Below, piece after piece: positions 23,447 through 35,400 of a stretch of 64,000 nt of DNA; the stretch's first letter is position 1; every line of letters begins with the position of its first letter. Source of the DNA: Azolla caroliniana (lineage: Eukaryota > Plantae > Polypodiophyta). The stretch covers positions 15,376,001-15,440,000 of the forward strand of contig JBHGNT010000006.1 of assembly GCA_043228905.1 (NCBI GenBank), written 5' to 3'. The position numbers and the translations under genes were made by a program. The notes beneath the pieces are model-generated. The model was given only the letters and a program-made list of their open reading frames with translations. It did not search any database and had not been told where the DNA came from.

Positions 23447-24522
23447 TGTCGTGGCGTGGCTCGCGCAAAAGTGTAGTGTTGCAAAGACAAAAGATAACAT
23501 GAAAGTGAGGAAGGAATCATTGGGATTATGGACGGAAGAGACGAAAGAGTAGAGATAGAGTAAATAGAGATCAACAAGATAAGATATAGAATGATATTTG
23601 AAACGATAAAAGAGATTTATAATTATTTGATGAAAGAGTTACAAAATGGTTGTGAGCATCGTTGATCCCTCGAACTTTGTCTCACAAGGAAACCTCTCTT
23701 CTCATTCTTGATAGTAGATCACAATCTTCCCTTTTAGCTTTCGATGAGGGTAAGATTCGAACCTCGGCCCTTTTGTAGTGAGTTGAGCACCACGACCGCC
23801 AAACTAGTTCTTTTCTTTTATTGTCTTCCTTCTTGTCTTCCTCTTTTTATCTTATGATATCTCTTATCTAATATAATTCTATTTGTTTTCATTGATATAT
23901 CATACTATATAGTTCTTCGATTCCGATTCCTTCGATATCCCTTGTGACCATACTCCCTTCTCCTTTTATAGGGAAGAGATGATTCTACATGTGGGCCATG
24001 TGGCGCACATGCAGAGAGCTTCTTGCATGTGTGCTATATGGTGCACATGTATACATTTCATGGTTTAAACCATACAATAGTACAACACATATTTTATATA
24101 CATCACAAGTATAGGTTGAATGGTAAGATTTGAATGCCATAAGGTTGGGGTTGTTGGTACAAGTCCTCTTTTGCCCATGTGATATGCTATATGGTGTGCA
24201 TGTAGTATATTACATGGTTTAGACTATAAAATACTACTTCAAATAAAATAACGCATATGATCTCTTGTAAATTATTAGTATACGCTAAATGGTATGTGTT
24301 GAGTGTCATAAGGCAAGGTTTATTGGCTCAAAGCCTCTCTCGTGCATGTAATATAACATATATATATATATTTATCTGCCTCACATATAAAGTATAATAT
24401 TATCATAGTGTGTGTTGTTAATATTATCTTTATGTATAAAATATTATCAAGATTTATTTTATTTTAGTTACGTATTTATCTTATTGTAGACTTTTAATGT
24501 GAAACTTTTGTACTTCACGACA
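23447..24522. mobile_element. Solo LTR (1076 bp) inserted in gag of D
   Basis: Ends TGTCGTG...CACGACA with 4-bp TSD CCGT. Removing it restores IREPLRKTPTVFDF. Confidence 0.85.
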
Positions 24523-25427
24523 CCGTAATGGTTCACGGATCGCCTCCAAGAATATATCCTTTAATTCCTCATCTGGAATTGTGGTTCTTGATAAGATGCA
24601 TTGAATTGAGCGATCAGATCTTTCTGAGGGATCTATCGATGAAATAATTGGGTGAATTTGGTGGTTAACTGTTCGAATGTATTGAATGCTCGTAGGCCAT
24701 TTTGAGCAAACCAATTTGTGGACAGGCCATCCAATGATAAGACGAACTCAACAATTTTAGACTTATCTTTTGCTGTTGCCGACAGTCTCTGAGCTCCATG
24801 GTTTATTTCCCATGTTGTCAAAAAATCCCTAATATAGACTTCCGCATCAGCTCCATCTCGATATTTCAAGTACAGGTAAGGCATATTGTTGTCACCCCAG
24901 ATATCGTAAAATGATACCTCTTCGTACTAAGTTGCGTTCGAATAATTGTCGGTTAAGTCGGGAATTCAAGACCACCTCCGACTCGTGTGTTGCTGATCAA
25001 CAACAGCAGAATTTTCTTCGACACGTTGTGTGACTGAACGTGTACAAGGGTGTTTATGACCGCCTGACGTATCCGGACTAGAAGTCATCCATTCGAGTTG
25101 TTCTCTATTGAATGCAGATGTAACCAGGTGCCAAAATTTACTTTGTTGCTCGACCGACAACCAACTTTGTGACCAACAGATATTAGAGTTCAACGTTCTT
25201 GTCATGAACGTTATATCAAAGAATTGTGGAAATGTGAATGGATTATACTAGATTAATCATAACCTACGATATTGTATTTTCGTATCTTGATCGACTATTT
25301 TAGTTAGTAAAGTTATAGTAGAATAGAATGAAAGAGAACAATATTATCGACACAACTGCTCAGAATTTCTATAACTAAAAAATATATTAACTGAAAACAA
25401 ATGATAGTAGTACAATGCTTTTCAGTT

Positions 25428-26503
25428 CCGGATCACCCACGACTGACACCTTCACCATGTACACATAATGATGCGCCATATATTCGTTATATCCGTATTG
25501 AACTACAGGGTGCTTTTGACGGGTGGATTGGCACAACTTCTGGTTCGCCAATTTCGTGGCCCTATTAGCCGACTCAAACTTTTCTCCCACAAATTTTTCT
25601 TTCTTCTTTCTGAAGTCAGATCCGCTTTGATCTGACTCATCTCTACCACTATCATATTCCGACATCTTTTTATTCCCATTCTCTTTGCGTGTGAACCATC
25701 TCCTCGGTTCCTTACGCGGGGAGAGCACAGTTGAGTCTTCACTACTCGTCAACCTGTCATCCGGTTGACCGCTATGGCTAAACCAGTCCAGATTCAGTCC
25801 TCTGATCCGGACAGAAGTCGAACAATCCGATTCGGATAGTTCGGATTTTGATATGCTTCCTTCTGTTCCGAAATCTGTTGCATTCTCCACAACAATCGGC
25901 TCGAGTTCGGGTGATGAGAAGTACCAAGATGCGGATTCCTCAAAGATGACATCACGGTTGGCTCAAACTTGCTTCGAATGAGGTTTGTAGCACTTGTACC
26001 CCTTCTGCTCATCCAGGTAGAAAAATATGATGCACTTCTCGGATTTTGCATCCAATTTCGTCCGCTTCTCATATGGTGCATGCACATAGGCAATGTTGTC
26101 GAATACCCGAAGGTGTGCCAAATTCAGCTTCCGCTCGAAATAAAGTTCATTCGGTGACACCTTTGTCCCTAAGGCAAATATCCAATTATGTATGTAGACG
26201 GCGGTTTGAATTTCCTCGGCCCAATAAATCCGGGGCATGCATTTCTCTTCTAGCAATGCCCTTGCCGCTTCTACCAACGTCCGATTCCAACATTCGGCCA
26301 CGCCATTCTGCTCCGGTGTGTATCTACAGGAGAACTCTTGTCGGATTCCCTTGGTTTGTAGATAACTCGTGAGTTGACCGGAAAAGTGCTCTTTTCCGCT
26401 ATCCGATCTCAGACACTTGATCTTCCTTCCAGTTTCTTTTTCTACATGATTCTTTAAGTTCTGGAAGCACGAGAAGACGTCACTCTTCTTCTCGATTAAG
26501 TAG
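25428..26503 (-). repeat. Duplicated copia E integrase segment lacking element A
   Basis: Aligns with about 4600-5492 joined to 15360-15552. Shows the empty site of A (CCATTCTGCTCCGG near 26303). Confidence 0.9.
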
Positions 26504-27045
26504 TGTTGCTCAGCCGGTAGCCGACTCAGTGACCAATAGACAGTAGAGTTGAACGTTCTTGTGATGAACGTTCTATCAAAGAACTATGGAAACGTGAATG
26601 GATTGTACTAGATTAATTGCAACCTACAATACTGTATTTTTGTATCGTGATCGACTATTTTAGTTAGTACAGTTATAGCAGAACAGAATTATAGAGAACA
26701 ATATTATTGACACAAGTGCTCAAAATTCCTATAACTAAAAACTATATTAATGTAAAACAGACGATAGTAATACAATGATTTTGGGTTCCTTTTTAGAGGT
26801 AACCTGAAAGACTTCCTCATCAAGAACTACCTTTTGCCTTGTCGGCAAGAACTACCTTTTGCCTTGTTGGCAAGAACTACAAAAAACTTCTAACTAAGTT
26901 AAATATTCGTAATTATTATTTAGTCGGCAAAAAACGGATGACTCATCGATCCACCTAGTCGATCCGATTCCGACTCTATAGTTTCCAAACATTGTCGACT
27001 TCGACGCTTTCATACTTGTCCCACTCATTCTTTGACCGGCTAACA
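26504..27045 (-). mobile_element. Solo LTR of family D
   Basis: Homologous to 15553-16058; ends TGTTG...TAACA; TSD AGTAG. Confidence 0.9.
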
Positions 27046-28724
27046 AGTAGATCCAGGTGTGCTGAAATCGTTGATGAAGGAGATGAAATATCGACTCCCG
27101 CCAATGCTCACATTTTGAGCTAGACCCCACACATTCGAATGGATGAGATCGAGCTGATTTCGGCTCAGATTCTTCTCATTGGGGAAGGGAAGCCTATGTT
27201 GCTTCCTGAGCTGGCAAGCTTCACATACTTGGCATTTCCGACGACTAAACTTAAACAGTCCGGAAACAACATGTTTTGATTGCAACTCCTGAAGCTTCGG
27301 AAAGTTGATGTGGCCGATCCTCTTATGCCACAGGTTGATGTTTGACTCGACCTTCTGCCCTGTCGCGAACATAGCGGTGCCTACATAATTGGTTTCGAGG
27401 ATGAACATTCCTCCATCCTAGTACCCTTGCGCGATGATCTGACATTCCTCTTCAATGAAGCAACCACGGTGAGTAAATCGGACCTCCATTACTTGATCTA
27501 TGATTTGGCCGACCGACACCAAGTTCTTGGTGACGTCGGGACATGCAAGACGTTCCTCATGACCCCTTTCTGACCGACATGGCTCAATGGGACATCTTTA
27601 ATGTGCTAGATGGGATGTGGAGTGTCGTCTCCGGTTTCGACTACCCCCGGCTTCTCCGGCTTCTTGAGAAAAGAGAACCATTCCTTGTGGTTCGTCATGT
27701 GGTTTGAAGCTCCATAGTCCACATACCAAACTTCTTCAGACTTCGAGTCGGATACTCCCATCCGATTGGCCTTATGCTTCATTACGAGGGCCGGTCCCGA
27801 CCCAGATCTCTCCGAGCTTCCGGCGAAGTACGATCGGTGACGCCGCTCTACGTCTTTCCGGCCTGATCCGGCTTTGTTTGAATCGGCTCTTTTCTTCCAG
27901 CACTTGCTTTCTTTGTGACCCTTCCAGCCATAGTGCCAACATTCCATGTTGGCCTTTCCTTGCCAGTTTCGGCGTCGCTTTGACTCCGCCTGTTTCCAGA
28001 GGGTTCGGAATTGTCCTCGACACTATCTTTATGCCTCCGATTCTCCTCTTGTCAACCACCTACATTGTGCACCAATCCACCTTGACTGCCACGACCACGG
28101 GGCCTCTCTGCCTCTATGTACAACATCTTGTTGTCAGTGTGTGTGCTCGTCGATGCACCCATGTGGTTCTCCTCTACAAGGAGCATTGACTGTAAGTCGA
28201 AAAACAAGGGTGTATTCTCCCTTGTACATACCATAGTTTGGAATGCTCTGAGCTTCGACACCAGACCCCCTAAACAAACCTACACCATCTCATCTTCCTC
28301 GACGGTCACGTTGATGGAGGCAAGCGAGTCGTAGATGTCTTTGATTTGGGCCGTGTAGTCCACCACCGACATGTCCTTCTATCGAACATTGCTCAACTCC
28401 TATGGGAGTTGCAACTTCCGGGCCGTGGCGCTTGCTACGAAGACCTTTTTCAGGTTTCCCCAAGCTTCCTTTGGCCTCTTGGCATCCCAAATATCGCTAA
28501 GCAGCTGATCACCAACACTGGACGCGAAGTAGTACATTATCGCACTTGCCGCTTCTTCCCAAGCTGGGAAGTCTTTGTGTGTCATATCGTTACGCTCCAG
28601 TAGCCATGCTCGAGCAGGTACTGTTGCATCTTGTACGACCAAGATGCATAGTTGGATCTGTCGAGCTTCTCCGTCAGAGCGAGCTAGTCATTCCTCGGTC
28701 CATTCTCTCATTCTTATTCTTTAC
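27046..28724 (-). pseudogene. Copia E gag, protease and GAG-pre-integrase remnants
   Basis: WYVDYGASNHMT, LWHKRIGH, CEACQ, LDLIHSNVWG and degenerate knuckle CWHYGWKGHKESKC. Confidence 0.9.
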
Positions 28725-29476
28725 CGTTACCGGCCGGCAAAGAAGGCTAAAGGAGGTCCAAACCAGAGTGTGAAAGGAATAGTTATTCGGGAACTGTTGG
28801 AATTAGTAGTCTTGATATATACATATTATTATGTGGACGGACGGACCAGAATTGGTATGCTGATCCGGATCCGGAACGATTCCGTAAAGGTGCCGTTTGG
28901 CACCGTTTTGTATTTCGCACCAGAGACCTATATAAAGGCCCGGTTACAATGTAATCAGTAGCGGATAATTAATAAAGCTTATGGTCTTAATCTTCACGTG
29001 TTGATTACCGTTCTGTGATCATTGTCATATCTTACGCGTGTTAATTATGGATGGCTAAGTAATCGATTAAGGTCTAATTAAGCGTTTTGCCGTAAGTCAT
29101 TCTGCCGTACCACCCTTTGGTGACGTGTCTTAAGGGGACACCCTGTGTTAGGCTGTTGTCCGGCCCTAGCAATAACACAGTTTTTGGCGACCACGATTCC
29201 TGCATTATCGCAGTGAACAGCGGCAGGAATGGATGACTAGGCCAACAGACGACCCGATTACGGAGAGAGCACGAAGACTTGTTGAACGGAGACGGCGGCA
29301 AGAGGCATTTCAGCAAGCAGCGGAAGAAATCCGAACGGATCGATCATTTTCCAAAGAGATCCGGAAAGTGGTGGAGGAGTCGCTCCGTCTGCAACAAAAC
29401 GCTTACCCGGACGAAGGAAGCAGCTTAAGCAGCCTCCGGGAAGCGGAAACCCTTCTCCAGGCCTTGGCCGGAAGAG

Positions 29477-32400
29477 TGTTACCGGCCGGCAAGGAGTCCA
29501 AAATACGGAGTGAAGGAATTAATTAGATATGGTTGTAAATGAGCATAGTGTGGACGGACGGACTGGAAACGGTATGCCGTTCCAGATCCGAACGGATCCC
29601 GAATAGGTGCGAGAGGCACCGTTTTGTACTACGGGCCGGAAACCTATTTAAAGGCCCGGACACCATTGTAATGACAGCGGATAATTAATAGAGCTTATGA
29701 TGTTTGTACTTCTGTCTTGATTTCCGTTCTGTAATTACTGTTATATCTTACGCGTGTAATTAACCAAAGCATTCTAATCGTGTAACCTACGTAAGTCGGT
29801 ATAATCGTTGAATCTTAATCCTATGCCGTAACCACCCTTTGGTGAAGTGTCTCCGTGACACCTTGTGTTAGGCCTTGTCCGGCTAGAGAATAACACAGTT
29901 TTGGCGGCCACGATTCCTGCTTTCTCGCAGCGAACGACGGTAATGGATGACTAGACCAACGCACGACTTGGTTACAGACCGAGCTCGACGCCTCGCCGAA
30001 CGGCAAAGACGGCGTGAGACTTTCCAGCAAGCAGCGCAGGAAATTCGCTCGGATCGTTCGTTCTCCAACGAGATCCGGAGAGTCGCGGAGGAATCTCTCC
30101 GGTTACGGCAAACTCGCGACCAGGACGACGGAAGCAGTCTAAGTAGTCTCCGGGAAACCGAACGATTCCTGGAGGCGCTGGCAAGCGGAGAAAACGAGGC
30201 AGAAGCCTTTTCAGCCTACGAATCGGATTCCGAAGGGGGATACAGCGTGCACACGAACTACCGGAGCAGCAACGATACCCCCGGCGGCCCGGAAGACGGC
30301 GGGTCGGATACCGTGCCGACTCCAGAACCGGAACCGCTCAACCAGGGCTATCCGGAACCGCAAACGGAAGCTGTCAACCCACCAACACCGGAAGTGGAAG
30401 AAGCAAGGCCACCAACACCAACGAAAGCGCCGGCAAAGGTACCGGAAGAAGAGCCGGAAAAAGAACCGGAAAAAGGACCGGCAAAAGAACCGGAAGTGGA
30501 ACCGGAGAAAGAACCGGAAAGATATCAACAAACGCCACTAAACCGCGGCCTAATACTGGACGACGACATGCCGTTCCAATACTCAAAGTATCGCGATGAT
30601 CCGGACGCGGAAGCGCATGTTGATGACTTCGAGCAGACATGGGAAGCAAATCACACGTCCCAGCGAATGACACCGGAGGAAGAAGAACGCTCGAAGATAG
30701 CGGAATTCGGAGTCACGTTGGAGGGACCAGCGACACGATGGCGGCGGTCGCAGGACCCGGCGACTATCACAACATTTGCAGAATTAAAAGCAAAATTCTT
30801 GCATTTTTTCCACAAGGAGGTCGACCAGACGACAATGGTGGGCCTGTTTTATACGATCCGATAGGAGGCAGGGGAAAGCATTCCCCAATTCGTCATCCGT
30901 TTCCAACGAATGCATAGCCAGCTTGCCCGTGCACCCCCGGAGGAGGAATTACGGACGATATTTTTAAACGCACTCCGGGAACCGTTACGCACGGTGTGTA
31001 CGGTGATCGACTTTCGAGGATGCACCATCGATCAGGTCATTGACCGGGTCAGAGAAATGGAAAAGACAAGCTCATGGCTTACGCTGGGAACACTGCAACG
31101 GGCGTTACCCACCGAGGAAGATCTCCGGTTCCGGCAGGCAATTCAATGCACAATCTTCTTGAATGCCGGACACTCGGCAGTAGAGTGCACCATGCGCACT
31201 CAGTGTGTGATTTGTCAATCCAAGAGTCATACAACGGACCGGTGCGAGTATAACCTGTTAAACCGACAAGCACCACCCGTCCGACGGATCGAGCCAAGAA
31301 GCAGCCAAGACGAAGATGAAGATCGTTGGCAAAAAATGAACCGGTACCGACCGGCACAGGATGTCCGGTACGGAGACAGGCAAGAGAATGATGGCCGGTA
31401 CGGGAATCGGCGTGATAACTACGACCGGTATGAGCGATCGGACCGTTATCGAGAGCCCAACAGGCGACACGAGCAATACGACAGAGACCATTCCCCTGGT
31501 TACCGAAGGCACCAGGAGGACTACGGCCGATTTTACGATCCACCACGACCGGACTACCGAAATAAACATAAGAATAATAAGAAACGTAATTTCAAGAAAG
31601 GTGGTCACCCTAGGGACCCGGAACATGGAACCCCAAGGAGCCAACCGGCACAGAACGCACCACTCGCTACGGGACCGACTCCGGCTACCAGCAATGCTGA
31701 ATCCAGCAATACCCGTAAAGAGTACTGCTACTACTGCAGGCAGGAAGGCCACTACAGTAACCAGTGCCCGGTAAAGAGCTACGAGAAACGACCAACAGTT
31801 AATATGGTGGTTCCGGAAGTGACGGATGTACAGCAAGTAACCACACGGTCGAAAGGCATGGCCAAAGAGTGGGAAACACAAGAGGCCATACGAAAACAGG
31901 CAACAGAATGGGTGAAGGAAGCCAATGAAAGGAACGTCGCGGACGCGGAACGGCAAAAGGCGAATACCATAGGGAGTGCCGGCGGTAGCCACCCAGAAAA
32001 CGAGACATGGCAAGCACTGCAAGAATGTCAGATCACGTTACCATTAGGAAGACTCTTGCAGCTCGTACCGCGATTCACAGAAGGACTAAAAACGGTCATG
32101 ACAGACGGTATAGCCCCACCGGTACCAGTCCTCTTCTCGAATCCAGAGGAGGGACCAACGGTGGTAGACACTAGTAGTCCGGCGATTACAGCCATTGTCA
32201 AAGGGCACGAACTTCCCAGCACCGTAATCGATGGAGGTTCCGGGGTGAACGTAATAAGCCTCCGTACGTGTGATGCCTTGGGTATACATGAATGGGAGCC
32301 ATGTCCGTTGTGGCTACGAATGGCGGATACGAGCTCTGTACGGCCGACGGGCTTAATACGGAAATTGGAAGTCACCATAGGAGGCCACACATTTCACATC

Positions 32401-35400
32401 TCGGCTGTAGTGCTGCAGCTACAGGCGCAAGGCGCGTACCCACTGCTGCTGGGCAGACCATGGTTGAAAACAGCACACATCAAGCAAAATTGGCGGAAAA
32501 ATATGATTACCTTCCGGCGCGGAAAAGCCAAGGTCCGGGTTCCGACACAACCACGGACAAGCAATGGTAAGGAATGCACACCGCTGTATGCGGAATGTGT
32601 GAACATGCTTGAAGGATTGGCAGACGACGAAGAAGCCCAGTACTTGGAGGAACACCCGAAGATCGTACCACTCTTCGAGATTGACGTAGCTGAAGCCGTA
32701 GCGCCATACTTGCCGCAGCGGGACGACACCGAAGCCGAACCAGACAAAGATGCGATTCGGGAACTACGGCAAGCACAGGAAGCATTGGAACGGGAAATGG
32801 CCGTTTCCCAACGGGTAAAAACATCCCAGCTCGACGAAGTGAACCTAGGAAGCAAGGACGAATCAAAGCCGGTTCACATCGCCAAAGAAATGAAGCCGGA
32901 AGATAAAGCGGCGATGATCAAACTTCTCACGGAGTTTCGCGACGTATTCGCCTGGTCATACGAGGACATGCGAGGGCTGGACCCTCAATTATATCAGCAT
33001 CAGATCCACTTAGGCAAGGACGCGAAACCAGTGGCGCAACGACGTTACCGAATGAACCCCAACTACGCCGCCAAAGTGAAGGAGGAAATCGACAAACTCC
33101 TAAGAGTGGGCTTCATCCGGCCGGTAAAGAAAGCGACGTGGCTGAGCCCCATCGTCGTCGTCCCAAAGAAGAACGGTAAAATCCGTGTGTGTGTAGATTA
33201 CCGGAAACTAAATGCAGCCACAATTACGGATGCATTCCCTCTTCCGTTCACGGATGGAGTACTGGATGCCGTCGCCGGCCATGAAGTTTATAGCTTTCTA
33301 GACGGGTTCAGCGGGTACAATCAAATCCGGATGCACCCGGACGACCAGGAGAAGACAGCGTTCGTTACCGAATGGGGGGTGTTTGTGGCCGAAGTCATGA
33401 TGTTCGGCCTAAAAACGGCACCAGCAACTTTCCAGCGAATCATCATGGAGATCTTCGGCGAATACATTCCTGCCTTCATGCAAGTTTTCCTGGATGATTT
33501 TGCAGTCTATAGTCGGGGAAAAGACCATTTGCAGCACCTACGGTTATGCCTTGAAAAGTGTAGGTTATACCGGCTAAGCTTAAACCCAGCAAAATGCATC
33601 TTTGGGGTTTCAAGTGGAATATTGCTGGGACACATTGTATGTAAGGAGGGCATTGCGGTCGACCCGGACAAAGTAAACGCCATACTAGGGGCACCGGCGC
33701 CGAAAACGGCCAAAGCACTAAGCCGATTCTTAGGACAGATCCGGTGGCACAGCCAGATGCTCCGTCACTTGGCTGACTTGGCTACACCATTACACACCGC
33801 GGTACATCGGACACCGTTCCAATGGACGGATACGGAGGATAAGGCATACAATGCCCTGAAGGTACTTTTATCGCAAGCACCCGTCGTGCAGCCTCCGGAT
33901 TGGAGCAAGGAATTTCACGTGTTCGTGGACGCGTCCGACATCGCTATTGGCAGCGCCTTAATGCAGCTTACGGAGCCCAAATGGTACCGGCCGGTATATT
34001 ACGCCAGCCGGAAGCTGTCCCAAGCGGAGAAGAACTATTCAACGACGGAACGGGAGGCCCTGGGCATGATCTACAGTGTCACAAAGTTTCGGCACTACCT
34101 ATTGGGAAGGAAGTTCTCCTTTCATGTGGATCACTCGGCGCTTCTGTACTTAGTGTCCAAGGCGTCCCTAACTGGTAAGTTGGCCCGTTGGACCTTGCTG
34201 TTGCAGGAGTTCGAATACGAGATCTTCCACCGGCCCGGTATCCAGCATGCCGTAGCGGACTATTTGAGCCGGTTAGAGTCCGGAGAAGCAGGCGACGGAG
34301 TAGCGGATGAATTCCCGGACGCAGAGTTATTCCGTATTTCCCCGGAAACGGCAGCAGACGACACGGTGGCATCAGAAGATAGGTGGCTGACAAACATGCA
34401 CCAGTTCCTAAGCACGGGCCTGCCACCGGAGGAAATGAACCGGGACGAGAGGAAACGACTGGCGGTGCAGAGCCGCAATTTCTGTCTATTACGGGACACT
34501 CTCTACCACAAGGGAGCAGATGGAATATGGAGACGGGCAGTCCGAAGTGACGAGAAAGAAGTAATCTTACGGGAAGCACACTGTGGGGTTGCCGGAGGAC
34601 ACTATGCCGGGGAAGCGACGGCGAGGAAAGTATGGCAGAGCGGCTTGTGGTGGCCCACGACGTTAAAAGACGCCGTCAAGTATGCTAAGGAATGTGACCT
34701 ATGCCAACGAATGGGCCAGCCTACGGAGCAAGCACGGATGCCACACCAACCGGTACTTCCACTAGAGCCATTCCAGAAGTGGGGGTTGGATTTTGTCGGA
34801 CCGTTCAAGTCACCGGCAATGAGAACGGGTAATCGTTATGTCATCGTGGCAACGGATTATTGCACTAAATGGGTGGAAGCTAAGGCCCTGAGAGACAACA
34901 CCGCGTCATCCACAGCAAAATTCCTGTACGAAAACATTTGGTGCCGATATGGATGTCCGATTGAATTAATCAGCGACCAAGGAGGCCACTTCCTCGGCCA
35001 GGTAGTGGAAAGCTTAACAACATTCTATGCCGTGGTCCATAAACGAAGCACACCGTATTACCCACAGGCGAACGGGTTAGCAGAGTCCACCAACAAAACG
35101 CTGCAGAACATTCTCCGCAAAATTGTCAATGAAAACCGGACGGACTGGGACACAAAGCTCCATAGTGCGCTATGGGCGTACCGAACGGCATACAAAACAA
35201 GTATCCGGACAACGCCGTTCCGGCTAGCATTCGGCTTAGAAGCGGTCATGCCGGTCGAGTTTCAGGTACCAAGCTTACGGATCCAACTACGGGAACGGCT
35301 GAATGAAAAGAAGTCGGAGGAAATGCGGCTAGCAGCACTATGCGAACTGGAGGAGCAACGGCTGGCCAGCATCCTCCACATGGAACTGGAGCAACGACGA

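Larger units (their letters stand above)
15553..25427 (-). mobile_element. Degenerate Ty3/gypsy element D, same lineage as A but with an unrelated LTR
   Basis: 3' LTR 15553-16058 and truncated 5' LTR 25144-25427. PBS-like TGGCACC at about 25127-25133. Fragmented gag-pol (about 25090-18938) and extra ORF (18547-16111) homologous to A. Confidence 0.9.
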
